From: a virus
Lineage: Duplodnaviria > Caudoviricetes
Direction: 5' to 3' (one strand)
Length of the DNA: 54,185 bases
Virus record (IMG/VR): IMGVR_UViG_3300017651_000176
Coordinates: 1-54,185 of that record
Part shown: one piece after another, positions 1-9,308 of the stretch
Layout: the number at the start of each line of letters is the position of its first letter
Numbering within the stretch: position 1 is the stretch's first letter
The notes under the pieces: model-generated
What the model was told of the DNA's origin: nothing
The model's database searches: none
The model's input: only the letters and a program-made list of their open reading frames with translations
Made by a program: the position numbers and the translations under genes

Positions 1-639
1 ATGGAAGGCAACAAACAAAGCGCGCTGGCGCTACGGCTGCGGGCCCTGCGCCAGGCGCGGGAGTGGACCCTCAAGCAGGCGGCCGCGGCCACCGGCGTGT
101 CCGCCTCCACCCTGTCCAAGATCGAGAACGGCCTGCTGTCGCCCACCTATGACAACCTGATCAAGATCGCGGCCGGCCTGGAACTGGACGTGGCCGAGCT
201 GTTCACCGCGCCCGACGCCCACATGGGCACCGGCCGGCGCAGCCTCAGCCGCCAGGGCGAGGGCCGCCAGTACGAAACCCCGTACTACGACCATCGCCTG
301 CTCTGCACGGCGCTGTCGCACAAGCGCATGATGCCGTTCCACACCCGCGTCAAGGCCCGCGCCTTCGAGGAATTCCACGACTGGAGCCGCCACCAGGGCG
401 AGGAATTCGTCTATGTCCTGGAAGGCGAGGTCGAGCTCTACACCGAGTTCTACGAGCCGGCCCGCCTGAAGGCCGGCGAGAGCTTCTACATTGACAGCCG
501 CATGGGCCACCGGGTGATCAGCCTGAGCAAGAAAGATGCGGTCGTGTTGTGGGTCTCCACGCACGCGGACATAGGGGAAGAAGTGGACGCCAACCCGGCC
601 GCCGGCCGCCCGCCGCCCAAACCGTCCGCAACAAGGTAA
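1..639 (+). CDS. Host XRE-family HTH transcriptional regulator with C-terminal cupin domain
   Basis: N-terminal LRALRQAREWTLKQAAAATGVSASTLSKIENG (HTH_3) and cupin motif HQGEEFVYVLEGEVEL; very high GC3, outside the prophage. Confidence 0.9.
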   Translation: MEGNKQSALALRLRALRQAREWTLKQAAAATGVSASTLSKIENGLLSPTYDNLIKIAAGLELDVAELFTAPDAHMGTGRRSLSRQGEGRQYETPYYDHRLLCTALSHKRMMPFHTRVKARAFEEFHDWSRHQGEEFVYVLEGEVELYTEFYEPARLKAGESFYIDSRMGHRVISLSKKDAVVLWVSTHADIGEEVDANPAAGRPPPKPSATR

Positions 640-670
640 AATGCGGCGCCCGGACCGGTTCCGGGGTCGC

Positions 671-747
671 GCGGCAGTAGCTCAGCTGGATAGAGCACGG
701 GCCTTCTAAGCCTGAGGTCGGGGGTTCGAGCCCCTCCTGCCGCGCCA
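671..747 (+). tRNA. tRNA-Arg(TCT), prophage integration site
   Basis: Acceptor GCGGCAG/CTGCCGC, D-arm GCTC-AGCTGGATA-GAGC, anticodon loop CT-TCT-AA, T-arm GGGGG-TTCGAGC-CCCTC, encoded CCA; 87 bp from the integrase stop. Confidence 0.97.
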
Positions 748-760
748 GAATCACCAGACA

Positions 761-831
761 AATCAATGGCTTGTGAGTGATCTGAAATTGCTAACATAGC
801 AAGCGTTAGAACAGAATCGCCAGCGTTAGAA
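761..831 (+). other. attL arm: IHF-like site plus integrase arm-type direct repeats
   Basis: AATCAATGGCTTG (761-773) fits IHF consensus WATCAANNNNTTR; AGCGTTAGAA repeated at 802-811 and 822-831. Confidence 0.6.
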
Positions 832-833
832 TT

Positions 834-1982
834 TTACTCAGTCGCAGAGGCCCGTTTTACGCGTCGTCGGTCATAGTGCCGGTGTGTAGTCGCCGGGTTT
901 GCATGCGCGGCAAAATCGTATGCGTCTACGTCGCGTTTTTGCAGCTTCGAAGTAATCGCTGCGGGCCGTATGTCCTGGAGATTGAAGTACATAGGATGGG
1001 CCGTGAGGTTCTTCTCGCTAACAGTCTGATCGTAGGTTTGAATCCAGGCGAGCATGGCATCCTTCCAGGTCGAAGCCCATCCCCACCGCGTATAGGAATC
1101 GCTGCGCTTGGTTGGTGCGAACAGGTACGGGCTGTCTTGGTCCTGACGCGCGAGAGAGCGGGCCACGACACAGCGCAACCGTGTAGACCAAAGCCGCTCC
1201 TTTTCGGTGATGACTTCGCCCTTCCTACGCTTCGTCGCAATGACGCGCACTGCATCCTTCTGAATCCCAGTTTTCAAGAATGGCCGGGCTTCGGACGAAC
1301 GAAAGCCCGTGAGATAAGTGAACATGGCAGCGCATCCCATCGTGCGGTAGTTTTGCCGTTGCTTCAGGCTCCATAGGTAGAAGCGCAGGATCAATCTGCG
1401 CGGCACTACCTTCCCTTCCGCGGTTCCCCTGTTTTTCATCATGTTCGTGAACGGATTGGCGGCGAGCAGGCCCCACCGGACCCCGTAATGGCAGATGACG
1501 GAAAACTGGCTGATTTCCTTGTTGGCCTTGATGGGGGCGCCTCCCTCGGCGCGGTCCTCCAAATACTGATAGCCGTGTTGGGTCGTTAAGTGCGCCGGCG
1601 CCATTTTTCCGAAGAACTTGGTGAGGTTCTCATACATGGATTTTCGAATCCTGCGGCCATCTTTCGACTGGTCTGCGTAGTACTCGGGGTCTACCTGAAG
1701 TTCGAAGCGTTCGATCATGTCGGCGACCGAACCCGCAACCACTACGCCTTGCTGTATCTCAATGGCTGAGCGGGTCGCCCTCCGCTCAGCGGCAAAGCGT
1801 GCTTCCCGGTCCCCAAGACCACAAGACGCCAACGTTTGGGATCGGCCGTCCAGGTGCTTGTAGATCCAGCTAATGCGCTGCTTGCCGACGCGCTTGTACA
1901 GCCTTGGTACTGAGGTCTTTTCCCACGCGGGCGAACGCTTCTCGGTTTGGCGCGCCGGCGAGGCCGGCTTTTTGCGGGCCAT
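834..1982 (-). CDS. int: Tyrosine recombinase (phage integrase)
   Basis: TGFRSSE (catalytic R), QDIR (variant HxxR), AHANPATTHRHY (H...Y); adjacent to tRNA. Confidence 0.9.
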   Translation of the reverse strand: MARKKPASPARQTEKRSPAWEKTSVPRLYKRVGKQRISWIYKHLDGRSQTLASCGLGDREARFAAERRATRSAIEIQQGVVVAGSVADMIERFELQVDPEYYADQSKDGRRIRKSMYENLTKFFGKMAPAHLTTQHGYQYLEDRAEGGAPIKANKEISQFSVICHYGVRWGLLAANPFTNMMKNRGTAEGKVVPRRLILRFYLWSLKQRQNYRTMGCAAMFTYLTGFRSSEARPFLKTGIQKDAVRVIATKRRKGEVITEKERLWSTRLRCVVARSLARQDQDSPYLFAPTKRSDSYTRWGWASTWKDAMLAWIQTYDQTVSEKNLTAHPMYFNLQDIRPAAITSKLQKRDVDAYDFAAHANPATTHRHYDRRRVKRASATE

Positions 1983-2154
1983 CTATTACTCCAAGTTTCT
2001 TATCTCGATATGCCCGCAGCACTCGCGGGACGCCATTTTTGTCGATGACGTAGCGCCAGCCGTGTCGAATGAGCCAGCGCGCCATCATCGCTCGTTGATT
2101 CGGCTTGCACCCGACCAGCGCGGCCAAGTCTGACGCCGATAGATATTCGTCCAT
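1870..2154 (-). CDS. Excisionase-like DUF4224-type protein
   Basis: MDEYLSASDLAALVGCKPNQRAMMARWLIRHGWRYVIDKNGVPRV; overlaps the int start; start taken at internal Met. Confidence 0.75.
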   Translation of the reverse strand: MDEYLSASDLAALVGCKPNQRAMMARWLIRHGWRYVIDKNGVPRVLRAYRDKKLGVIDGPQKAGLAGAPNREAFARVGKDLSTKAVQARRQAAH

Positions 2155-2236
2155 CCGGGTCTCCAAAAGCGGAGCCCGCTCTAGGCGGGTCTCCAGCCAT
2201 TCTTCGTGGTGTCCAGCAAGCGCTGGATTGTGTCGG

Positions 2237-2569
2237 TCATTTCGCTGCTTCTTCGGCCGCCTTGAGCATCCACCGCCATCGCCAGATAGACAGCGGGTCC
2301 TCATCGCGGTCACACTCGCCGGGGCGGGCAATATGGACCTGGCTTTCGAGATCCATTTCCATCGAGCCGCCCCGTCCGTGGCGAAACAGCGTGGCGCCGT
2401 TCGCGTTCTTGGCGTGCGCGAGCATTTCGCCCGCCGTGGCGTTGGCGGCCGGTTCGAAGGCGATTTCGTACCAATCGCCCTCCCAGCACCCCGCACGGCC
2501 GAAGCCTTGCGGGAAAACGAGATCCGGAGGCACCTCTTCCAGCAATTGGATAAGTCGTTTCAGATCCAT
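2237..2569 (-). CDS. Phage hypothetical protein
   Basis: MDLKRLIQLLEEVPPDLVFPQGFG...; co-oriented with left operon. Confidence 0.65.
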   Translation of the reverse strand: MDLKRLIQLLEEVPPDLVFPQGFGRAGCWEGDWYEIAFEPAANATAGEMLAHAKNANGATLFRHGRGGSMEMDLESQVHIARPGECDRDEDPLSIWRWRWMLKAAEEAAK

Positions 2570-2618
2570 ATATGATTCGTTAATGATGCACAAACCTCGT
2601 CTGTGCGCGTTTTATGAG

Positions 2619-4136
2619 TCATCCGTATACGGCGCCGCCGTCGGTGTGGGAGTTTCCGGTTTCCGGATCGGCTGGAACTGGCGCCGGGCAAGGGTTGCCG
2701 GCCGATGATGGCGAAGAAATTGCCGGTTTGTCTGCCGGTTGCGCGGACAGACCGGCGTACCCGTCGTTGACTGGGCAACCCTTGCTGCCACAAGACGAGA
2801 TCACCTTCAGTTCGCAGGCCCGGCATTCCACCTCGGGCAAGTTTCTGGCGTGTTCCAGGTTGCAGTCGCGCACCGCCTCGCTGGCCTGGGGCGCGGCACA
2901 AAGCGCCATAACAGCCGCGACCCCATCGCGCATGCGGTAGGTCTGATGGCACGCGGAGCGCTCGAAAGCCTCCACTGCTGCATCCAGCGTCACAGCGCTG
3001 ACCTGGGGCGCGGCAAGCAGCGCCGCTATGAGGTCTCCGGCTGGCGTGTCGCTGTGCGCGACCCAATCCCCTCCAGTCGGCGGCGTGATGCGGTAGCCGT
3101 GCCCGTCCACCACCTTGACGCGGTAGCCTGTAGGCATGCGCACCTCCCCGGCTACAGGGCCTAGGGCGCCGCCCTTAGATTCAGTGCTGGCGCGGCTTTC
3201 CGGCCGATTCGGGACCGATTGGGCGCCATCGTCCCAGGCCACTACCGGGCCGCCCAAGTGATCGCCGGGGACTCGCGTTTTCCCATCCCCGGCTACAGGG
3301 GCGCTTGCCGGGGTATACCCGTCCACGCCGTGAGTGCCGATGATGGCAAGCATGTGCCGGCCTTTAGGCAGCGCGGCCAATTGCTCGTCGGTGAGGTCGG
3401 TGCCCACGTCCATATAGCCGCCCGCGCCCAGGTCGAGATACGCCACGGCCTGCCGCCCATCCGTTACAGCGGACGCGTCCAGGAACGGAGCCTTGTAGCC
3501 CGCGCCGCGTAGCAGGTTTTGCACCTGCACGGGTATGGCGCGGAACTGATGCGCGCAGCTCGGGCAGATTACGGCGGTATTGTCCGGCCGTACACCGTTG
3601 GCGCGGTCGCATTCGTCGTTTGCGCACAGCACGCCATCAGCTTTGGCCGCTTGGCACACGTCGGTCTGGCATGCCTGGGACACTACAGGGGCGCTTGCCA
3701 GGGCGGCGCGGGCAGCTTCCCACGCGGCAGGTAGCGCCTTGTGATAGTAGTCATAGTCGGTCCCGTGCCCGCTCTCATGAAGGGCGCGCAAGCGCAGCCG
3801 CATATCCTCCAGGTGCACCAGCTTTTGCAGCGCCGCCCGCTCATCGGCTACAGGGGCGCGCACCTGAGACATGATGCAGGCGCGCCAGCCGTTGGTGAAG
3901 TGGGTCAGGTCGCTGGCGCAGGCCGGATTGTCGGCGTCGGCGCCGTAGGTCAGTTCGAAGCCTTCGCGGATATCAGATACCGGGGCGCGCAGCTGGTACA
4001 GGAGGGCGGATTCGAGCAGCGCCTGGATATGGTCGCGCCGGGGGTCGACGCCAGGCTCCATACTCACTGCCTGTGCGAAGCCAAGATAGGTCAAGATTTG
4101 GGCGGCCGCCTGGGCCGCGGTGGTGTGGTCGGTCAT
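2619..4136 (-). CDS. Modular mosaic phage protein with repeated ASAPVA/AAPQAS linkers
   Basis: 505-aa ORF; linker peptides and matching DNA repeats separate unrelated segments. Confidence 0.75.
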   Translation of the reverse strand: MTDHTTAAQAAAQILTYLGFAQAVSMEPGVDPRRDHIQALLESALLYQLRAPVSDIREGFELTYGADADNPACASDLTHFTNGWRACIMSQVRAPVADERAALQKLVHLEDMRLRLRALHESGHGTDYDYYHKALPAAWEAARAALASAPVVSQACQTDVCQAAKADGVLCANDECDRANGVRPDNTAVICPSCAHQFRAIPVQVQNLLRGAGYKAPFLDASAVTDGRQAVAYLDLGAGGYMDVGTDLTDEQLAALPKGRHMLAIIGTHGVDGYTPASAPVAGDGKTRVPGDHLGGPVVAWDDGAQSVPNRPESRASTESKGGALGPVAGEVRMPTGYRVKVVDGHGYRITPPTGGDWVAHSDTPAGDLIAALLAAPQVSAVTLDAAVEAFERSACHQTYRMRDGVAAVMALCAAPQASEAVRDCNLEHARNLPEVECRACELKVISSCGSKGCPVNDGYAGLSAQPADKPAISSPSSAGNPCPAPVPADPETGNSHTDGGAVYG

Positions 4137-4194
4137 TGGGGTCCAGTTTTCGGAGCGCTAACATTCGGCCCATACTCATTTCGAGGAGCTCGGC

Positions 4195-4806
4195 ATGCTT
4201 CAGGTGTTTTGGTTGGCAGGCGCGGCATTCGCAGGCGTGATGGGAGGGGTCATCATTACGTCGGTCGATGCAGATGCGAAGTGGTGGGAAGCGTTTTCGG
4301 CTATCGGAGCAATCATTGCCGCGGTGGGCACAGTTGGAACACTCGCCTATCAGGCGGTGCAGAGCGCGCGAGTCCAAGCACTGCTAAGAACTCAAGCCAT
4401 GCAGCAAGAATTCGTTGAAGCAGAGCAGCTGGAGCAGTGGATCCGCGACCTCGTGTACGTGTCTCGCGATATGTACCGAATCATTAGGAGCCCAGATACC
4501 CACTCTCTGTCGGACGCCATTGCTGCACGAGAGAAGTTTGAGCGAACACACGAGGGGTTCAAAAATGGAAAGGTTCGGATTTCCTCCAAGATGGGGCAGA
4601 AGCTCGCATCTCTGATAGACGGCTCCTACCGGTTCGGGCTGGAGCTAGCGAGTTCGTTGGCGGGGCGTCCGTTTTTCGAGCGCGAGGAGAAGTTCTTCTC
4701 GGGCCTATCGGGCCTGTACGATGAATGGAGCAATAAACTCTTGGAAATTGAGTTGCCCCTGGACGCTTGGCGGCGCGAGTTGGAGTCTAGGATTGCGAAC
4801 GAATAG
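4195..4806 (+). CDS. Moron-like membrane protein (inverted orientation)
   Basis: Two N-terminal hydrophobic helices then helical soluble region; lower GC; opposite strand to neighbours. Confidence 0.7.
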   Translation: MLQVFWLAGAAFAGVMGGVIITSVDADAKWWEAFSAIGAIIAAVGTVGTLAYQAVQSARVQALLRTQAMQQEFVEAEQLEQWIRDLVYVSRDMYRIIRSPDTHSLSDAIAAREKFERTHEGFKNGKVRISSKMGQKLASLIDGSYRFGLELASSLAGRPFFEREEKFFSGLSGLYDEWSNKLLEIELPLDAWRRELESRIANE

Positions 4807-4854
4807 TCACGCTGCGTTGGCCTCGAATCACGCGCGATATGTGGTCGGCTATGG

Positions 4855-5070
4855 TTATTTGCTGTTTCCGGATAGGACAACTTGAATGGCGACCGGCTCG
4901 CCGACCATCTCCATTTTGTTGTGTTTCTGGAGGGCGATTTGCAGGCTTTGCTTGGCCTCGCGGATTACCTGCTCGCGCAGGCTGGCGAACGTCGCGCTCT
5001 CGTTCCAGGCGCCGACATGCACCTCGACCTTCAGCGTGACCAGAACCGATGCGGATGTTGGCATTGTCAT
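4855..5070 (-). CDS. Phage hypothetical protein
   Basis: 71 aa, start overlaps upstream stop. Confidence 0.6.
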   Translation of the reverse strand: MTMPTSASVLVTLKVEVHVGAWNESATFASLREQVIREAKQSLQIALQKHNKMEMVGEPVAIQVVLSGNSK

Positions 5071-5624
5071 GCCTCACCCCCTTTGCCCTGCTGGGTGGCG
5101 ATGGCGGCGTCCGCGCGCTTGAGGGCGGCCTGCGCGTCGCGCACGTATGCCGGGTCAAACCCGCCGGCGAGGTGGATCACCGCCTGGCATGCGTGCAGCT
5201 CGCGCCGCGCCTCGATCAGCGCGCCAAGCAGCTCCTGCGCATCGTCAGCAGCAGGGGCGGGCGTCAAGAGAGCAAGGAATTCACGCTCGGCCAACAGGCC
5301 GCCTACGGCGTCGCTCAGCAGGAACCGTTCGAACTCGGTGGGTGTATGGCACCCTTCATCGAGGCGCAGCTCATAGCCATCCAGATACTCGTCGATGGCT
5401 GCGTCGATTGCCTTCCAATCCCGGCCCGGCGGTGCCGTGGTGCTGGAAGCGTCGGGGGCGGCTTCCACGGCCAGGCCGTCGTGACGGATCACGCCGGATA
5501 CCTTGTGCCCCTGTTCCATCCATTGCTTGACCACGGAGACGGAATCGGTGAAGAGGGCGGGGAATGATCCTTCGCGATACCAGCCGAGGAGCTGTAACGC
5601 TTTGGTGTTGGTGGTGTCGCTCAT
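5067..5624 (-). CDS. Phage hypothetical protein
   Basis: 185 aa, coupled to both neighbours by overlapping start/stop. Confidence 0.65.
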   Translation of the reverse strand: MSDTTNTKALQLLGWYREGSFPALFTDSVSVVKQWMEQGHKVSGVIRHDGLAVEAAPDASSTTAPPGRDWKAIDAAIDEYLDGYELRLDEGCHTPTEFERFLLSDAVGGLLAEREFLALLTPAPAADDAQELLGALIEARRELHACQAVIHLAGGFDPAYVRDAQAALKRADAAIATQQGKGGEA

Positions 5625-6622
5625 GCGTTGGCTTCCTCTTTCGGGATGTCGATAGGGGTCTGTGCATCGGGGGCGGCCTGCTGTGCGTCCTTGGCGGCTT
5701 TTTCGGCGCGCTTTGCCCGGATGGATTCGACCGCGCCGTGGGCCTGGAAGAGGTCCAGCAGATCGTTGGTGTTTACAGTGATGGTTCCTTCGGCGACGCG
5801 CCCTTCCAGGGTGTCCAGGAGGATGACGCGCTGCTTAGCGGTCAAGCCGCCCATGAACTTGTCCACGCTGCTGATGAGCGGGGAGACGACTTTGCGGGGC
5901 AGGGCGCGGCCGTGGATGGCGCTCGGCGTGATCTTCGACTTGCCTGCGGCCCTGACCTTGTCCAGTTGCGCTTGAAGGAACGGGCCGGCGGCTTCGCCAT
6001 GCTTGGCGATTGCGTCGATGGCTGTGGACGCCTTGACCGCGCCGGACCGGACCAGGGCATGCACGTCGCTGTTGGCGTGCGCCAAGGTGAGCATCTTGCC
6101 TACCCACTGCGGCGAGACATGATCCAGGCGGGCGATGCGTTCGTTATCCCACTTGAAACTTGCCAGCTTGGCGTAGCCGATAGCGACTTCCAGCGGGCGG
6201 AGGTGCCGGCCCTTGGCGCTGCTGATGATTCGGGCGGTGCGGTCTGCGTCGTTGCCGACGAATGCCACAACGTCGATCCAGACAATACCGTCCTCGTCCT
6301 GAAGCGGCGCGCCGGCCGCGATTGCTCGGCCGATCTGTTCGTGACGACGGTGGCCGTCAACGATCCACACGCCTGCGCCTGGCCGGGGGCGGACCTCCAG
6401 CGGCGGAACTTGGCCGCCGGCCATGATGTGCTCGAACAGCGCCTTGTCGTCCGCCTCAGCGGCCTCGCGTTCCTCGCCTTCCAGCAAGTCGATAGGGGTA
6501 CGCAGGTTGAAGTCGGGTTCGACGTACAGGTCCTCGTAGCGGACCTGCATTGCGTGGGCGCGCTTGATTTCCTTGGCCAGGATCTTCTGGCGGAAAGACA
6601 CGGGGGCGGTGGATACGGTCAT
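5621..6622 (-). CDS. ParB/Srx-like domain protein
   Basis: VPPLEVR...VWIVDGHRRH ParB-type motif followed by HTH-like region; start MTVSTAP overlaps upstream stop. Confidence 0.75.
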   Translation of the reverse strand: MTVSTAPVSFRQKILAKEIKRAHAMQVRYEDLYVEPDFNLRTPIDLLEGEEREAAEADDKALFEHIMAGGQVPPLEVRPRPGAGVWIVDGHRRHEQIGRAIAAGAPLQDEDGIVWIDVVAFVGNDADRTARIISSAKGRHLRPLEVAIGYAKLASFKWDNERIARLDHVSPQWVGKMLTLAHANSDVHALVRSGAVKASTAIDAIAKHGEAAGPFLQAQLDKVRAAGKSKITPSAIHGRALPRKVVSPLISSVDKFMGGLTAKQRVILLDTLEGRVAEGTITVNTNDLLDLFQAHGAVESIRAKRAEKAAKDAQQAAPDAQTPIDIPKEEANA

Positions 6623-7332
6623 GCGTGGGCCTCGGCCGGTTGGGGGTTCTGTTTCACACCAGGTTTGGGCAGGAGTGCACGGCGGGCGCTGATCGGCTTC
6701 GGCTCTTCGGTCAGCGCCCAATCAGGCGGGGTGGTCCTGGGGTTGGTATCAGGGACGAAGGGCATTACGACCCCCATAAAGTCCTGACTGTGGTAAGACG
6801 AGGGGAACACGAGCGCGCCGCCAGGGCCGTTGTGCCGCACCTCGATGCTGCTTGCGTGGAGCTTGAGGCTCCCATACATGTCGTGGGCGGCCTTTTCGAA
6901 GTCTGCGAGGTATTGGGGTCTGATATTCGCGGCCTCGCCGGATGTGGTTTTGGGAACGACGGAACGCCAGTTGGGAAATATGCCCTCCACCGACCGGAAC
7001 GCGACCTCCATGTCCCACTTCAAGAGGGGAACGAGCCATTTCCCCTGATCAACTTGCGTGAGGGAAATTGTGGGGACTCCTTTGAGGGACCCAGCCACAA
7101 TGCGCTGCGCGACTTCTCCAGGGATGATCAGGGTTTCGGCCTGGCGCACGTCGTTCGGAACTTCCTTTCGCAGCACGAGTAGGCGGTGGCCATCGGTCGC
7201 TGCCAGGATGGTTTCGGTGGGCGTGGCTTCGACATAGACGCCGTTGAGGTAATAGCGAATGTCGTTCTTCGCCCTGATGCGGCAGGCGGCTTTGAGGGCG
7301 GCGTGGTCGAATTGAATGACGGGTTGGATCAT
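6619..7332 (-). CDS. DNA polymerase III beta-clamp-like protein (partial clamp fold)
   Basis: DIRYYLNGVYVE...AATDGHRL and EGIFPNWRSVVP resemble DnaN motifs; about 237 aa; GGAG-like RBS. Confidence 0.75.
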   Translation of the reverse strand: MIQPVIQFDHAALKAACRIRAKNDIRYYLNGVYVEATPTETILAATDGHRLLVLRKEVPNDVRQAETLIIPGEVAQRIVAGSLKGVPTISLTQVDQGKWLVPLLKWDMEVAFRSVEGIFPNWRSVVPKTTSGEAANIRPQYLADFEKAAHDMYGSLKLHASSIEVRHNGPGGALVFPSSYHSQDFMGVVMPFVPDTNPRTTPPDWALTEEPKPISARRALLPKPGVKQNPQPAEAHA

Positions 7333-7402
7333 GCTGACACCTTTTGGAGGTTGGGATACGATGCCCGATCGACAATTGCGCTTGCACAATGTGGGGAGCA
7401 AT

Positions 7403-7966
7403 ATGAGCTTGTGGGTGGATTTGCAGACGGTCGGCGCGGCGTGGGCTTCCGCGGTGGCGACCGCCGCCGCTACCGGCACGGCCTTATGGTTAGCGCTGTC
7501 CGAACGTCGGCAGCGACTAATCGAGAGGGACCGCGCAGTAAAACTGATCGCTTCTGGTGTTGCTGTCTATCTGGAGGAGATACGTCTCGAGTTGATAACG
7601 GCTCTCGCCTCGATCGAGAAAGGCCTTAGCATGGGGAATCCCGCGCTGCTCGCGGAATTCTTGAGCACGGTTGCCGATCATGTGAGGACGCTCAACACCG
7701 CGGTGTTGGCGGGGCAAGAGCTCAATGTGCTTGCGGCGCTGCCAGAGAATGCCGGCGAGAAGATCTACACAGCACTTTCATGCATACGATCAGTACAGGA
7801 TGGCCTTTCCCGCCGTCTGGATATCGTTACTGGCGGAAATCCGGAGGCTGGCGTGATGGTCGAGCATTGGAGGAACCAGTTGAGTTGGGCGCGTGGACTT
7901 GTAGAAGAGGGCCAAGCGGTATGTGCTCGGTACGGAACTCTTCGTGTCGTTCAGATCAAGGGATAG
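7403..7966 (+). CDS. Moron-like membrane-anchored protein (inverted orientation)
   Basis: N-terminal TM WASAVATAAATGTALWLA then helical domain; RBS GGGGAG before ATG 7403. Confidence 0.7.
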   Translation: MSLWVDLQTVGAAWASAVATAAATGTALWLALSERRQRLIERDRAVKLIASGVAVYLEEIRLELITALASIEKGLSMGNPALLAEFLSTVADHVRTLNTAVLAGQELNVLAALPENAGEKIYTALSCIRSVQDGLSRRLDIVTGGNPEAGVMVEHWRNQLSWARGLVEEGQAVCARYGTLRVVQIKG

Positions 7967-8192
7967 TCCTTGACCGCCGCGCCCACATATTTCTAATGGT
8001 CTGCGGCGACACGCCGTAGCACTCGGCCAGCTCGTAGGTGCTGAGTCGGCCTCGGACTGATCGGATAAATTCGATCTCCTCGGGCTTGATTGCCTCGGCC
8101 TTCGCGCCGACCCAGCGAAGACGGCGCCGCGGCAGGGGAATGGGTGGCATCCACCCGGCGCGGTCGCGCAAGATGAACTCGATGCCGTTCAT
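7956..8192 (-). CDS. Small HTH DNA-binding protein
   Basis: LSTYELAECYGVSPQTIRNMW HTH pattern. Confidence 0.7.
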   Translation of the reverse strand: MNGIEFILRDRAGWMPPIPLPRRRLRWVGAKAEAIKPEEIEFIRSVRGRLSTYELAECYGVSPQTIRNMWARRSRTIP

Positions 8193-8422
8193 AGGGCGAA
8201 GCGGAGCAGCCAGCCCAGGAACTGCGGGCCGAAGAGGAAGAACGCGGCGAAGGCTAGGGCGCCGGGCCATGCCCACCACGGGATATCTGCGTCCTTGCTC
8301 CAGTTGCCGCGGCCGGCGTGGTCGCGTGGGGCGATCAGGTCGCCCAGCCTGCGGCTGGCCTTTGTGATGACTTGCAAGGGGCGGATGCGCACCGGGGGCG
8401 CGCCTGCGCTGATGGTGTTCAT
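8189..8422 (-). CDS. Small phage membrane protein
   Basis: C-terminal hydrophobic helix; overlaps downstream start. Confidence 0.6.
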   Translation of the reverse strand: MNTISAGAPPVRIRPLQVITKASRRLGDLIAPRDHAGRGNWSKDADIPWWAWPGALAFAAFFLFGPQFLGWLLRFAL

Positions 8423-8447
8423 GTGGGGCTCCAGGAATCTGCCGCAG

Positions 8448-8984
8448 TCACTTGGCCGCGGTGGTGTATTTGATCGGGCGGCGTACCGACGTACGAGACA
8501 TGCCCTGCATCATCGCGGCCGCGGCCGCGAGATCCTCTTCGGAATATTTGTGCGGGCCGTCGCTTTCTTCAGGCACGCCGCTGAAGATGTCATTGCGGCT
8601 GATGAATGCGAGGTACGCGAGGTCCAAGGCCTTCTTCAGGTCCCGGCTGAATGCACGGTAATGAAGTTCGATCTCCAGGAACTGGGCCTTTGTGACTTTG
8701 AGCCAAACGTTTTTTTTCCCGCGGTACTGGCGCGTGATGAACGAATTGGATTTGAGAACCATGCCGGCGACCTGGACGAGGAGCCGGCGGTCCTGAGCCG
8801 TTTTGATCGGAAAGCACATCCAGTCTGGGGCGTGGTCGTCTTCGTCAAGATCGGCAAGAGTCATTCCATGCTTTTTGAGCATGGATTCCAGAAAGCGCTG
8901 CGCGTTGTCCTTTTCGCCACCTTCTCCGCGGCGGGCCAGCGCCAGCAGCTTGAGCATCCGCTGGCGTGCTTTGTCATTGGTCAT
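8448..8984 (-). CDS. DUF2786-like phage protein
   Basis: N-terminal RMLKLLALARRGEGGEKDNAQRFLESMLKKHG. Confidence 0.7.
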   Translation of the reverse strand: MTNDKARQRMLKLLALARRGEGGEKDNAQRFLESMLKKHGMTLADLDEDDHAPDWMCFPIKTAQDRRLLVQVAGMVLKSNSFITRQYRGKKNVWLKVTKAQFLEIELHYRAFSRDLKKALDLAYLAFISRNDIFSGVPEESDGPHKYSEEDLAAAAAMMQGMSRTSVRRPIKYTTAAK

Positions 8985-9108
8985 GTCGATTCCAGGGGTC
9001 TGCCGCGGCATGGCGGCGGGTGAAGTGATCGCCGATGGGGACCAGGGCCACCGCCACCAGGGCGAGCAGCGCCAGGCCCCACCAGATGGCGGGGATAGTG
9101 GAGGCCAT
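8974..9108 (-). CDS. 44-aa single-TM peptide (not in ORF track)
   Basis: MASTIPAIWWGLALLALVAVALVPIGDHFTRRHAAADPWNRHDQ read manually; stop overlaps next gene start. Confidence 0.55.
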   Translation of the reverse strand: MASTIPAIWWGLALLALVAVALVPIGDHFTRRHAAADPWNRHDQ

Positions 9109-9308
9109 GGGAATTTGCGCGGGGTGCGCGGTGGTTTGGATACCGATTACGTTATCCGGCGTCAGGTGACTTCTGACCGCTCCTGGCCTTTTCCGCGGCT
9201 TGTCAGGCGCTGCTATGTAGGCGCGGAGCCAATGTCTTTATCTCTCGTCTGGCGGCGAGTCGCAGGCGCCACGGGTTGGTTGCCGTGGCGGGGTCTGCAT
9301 TGGTCCTG

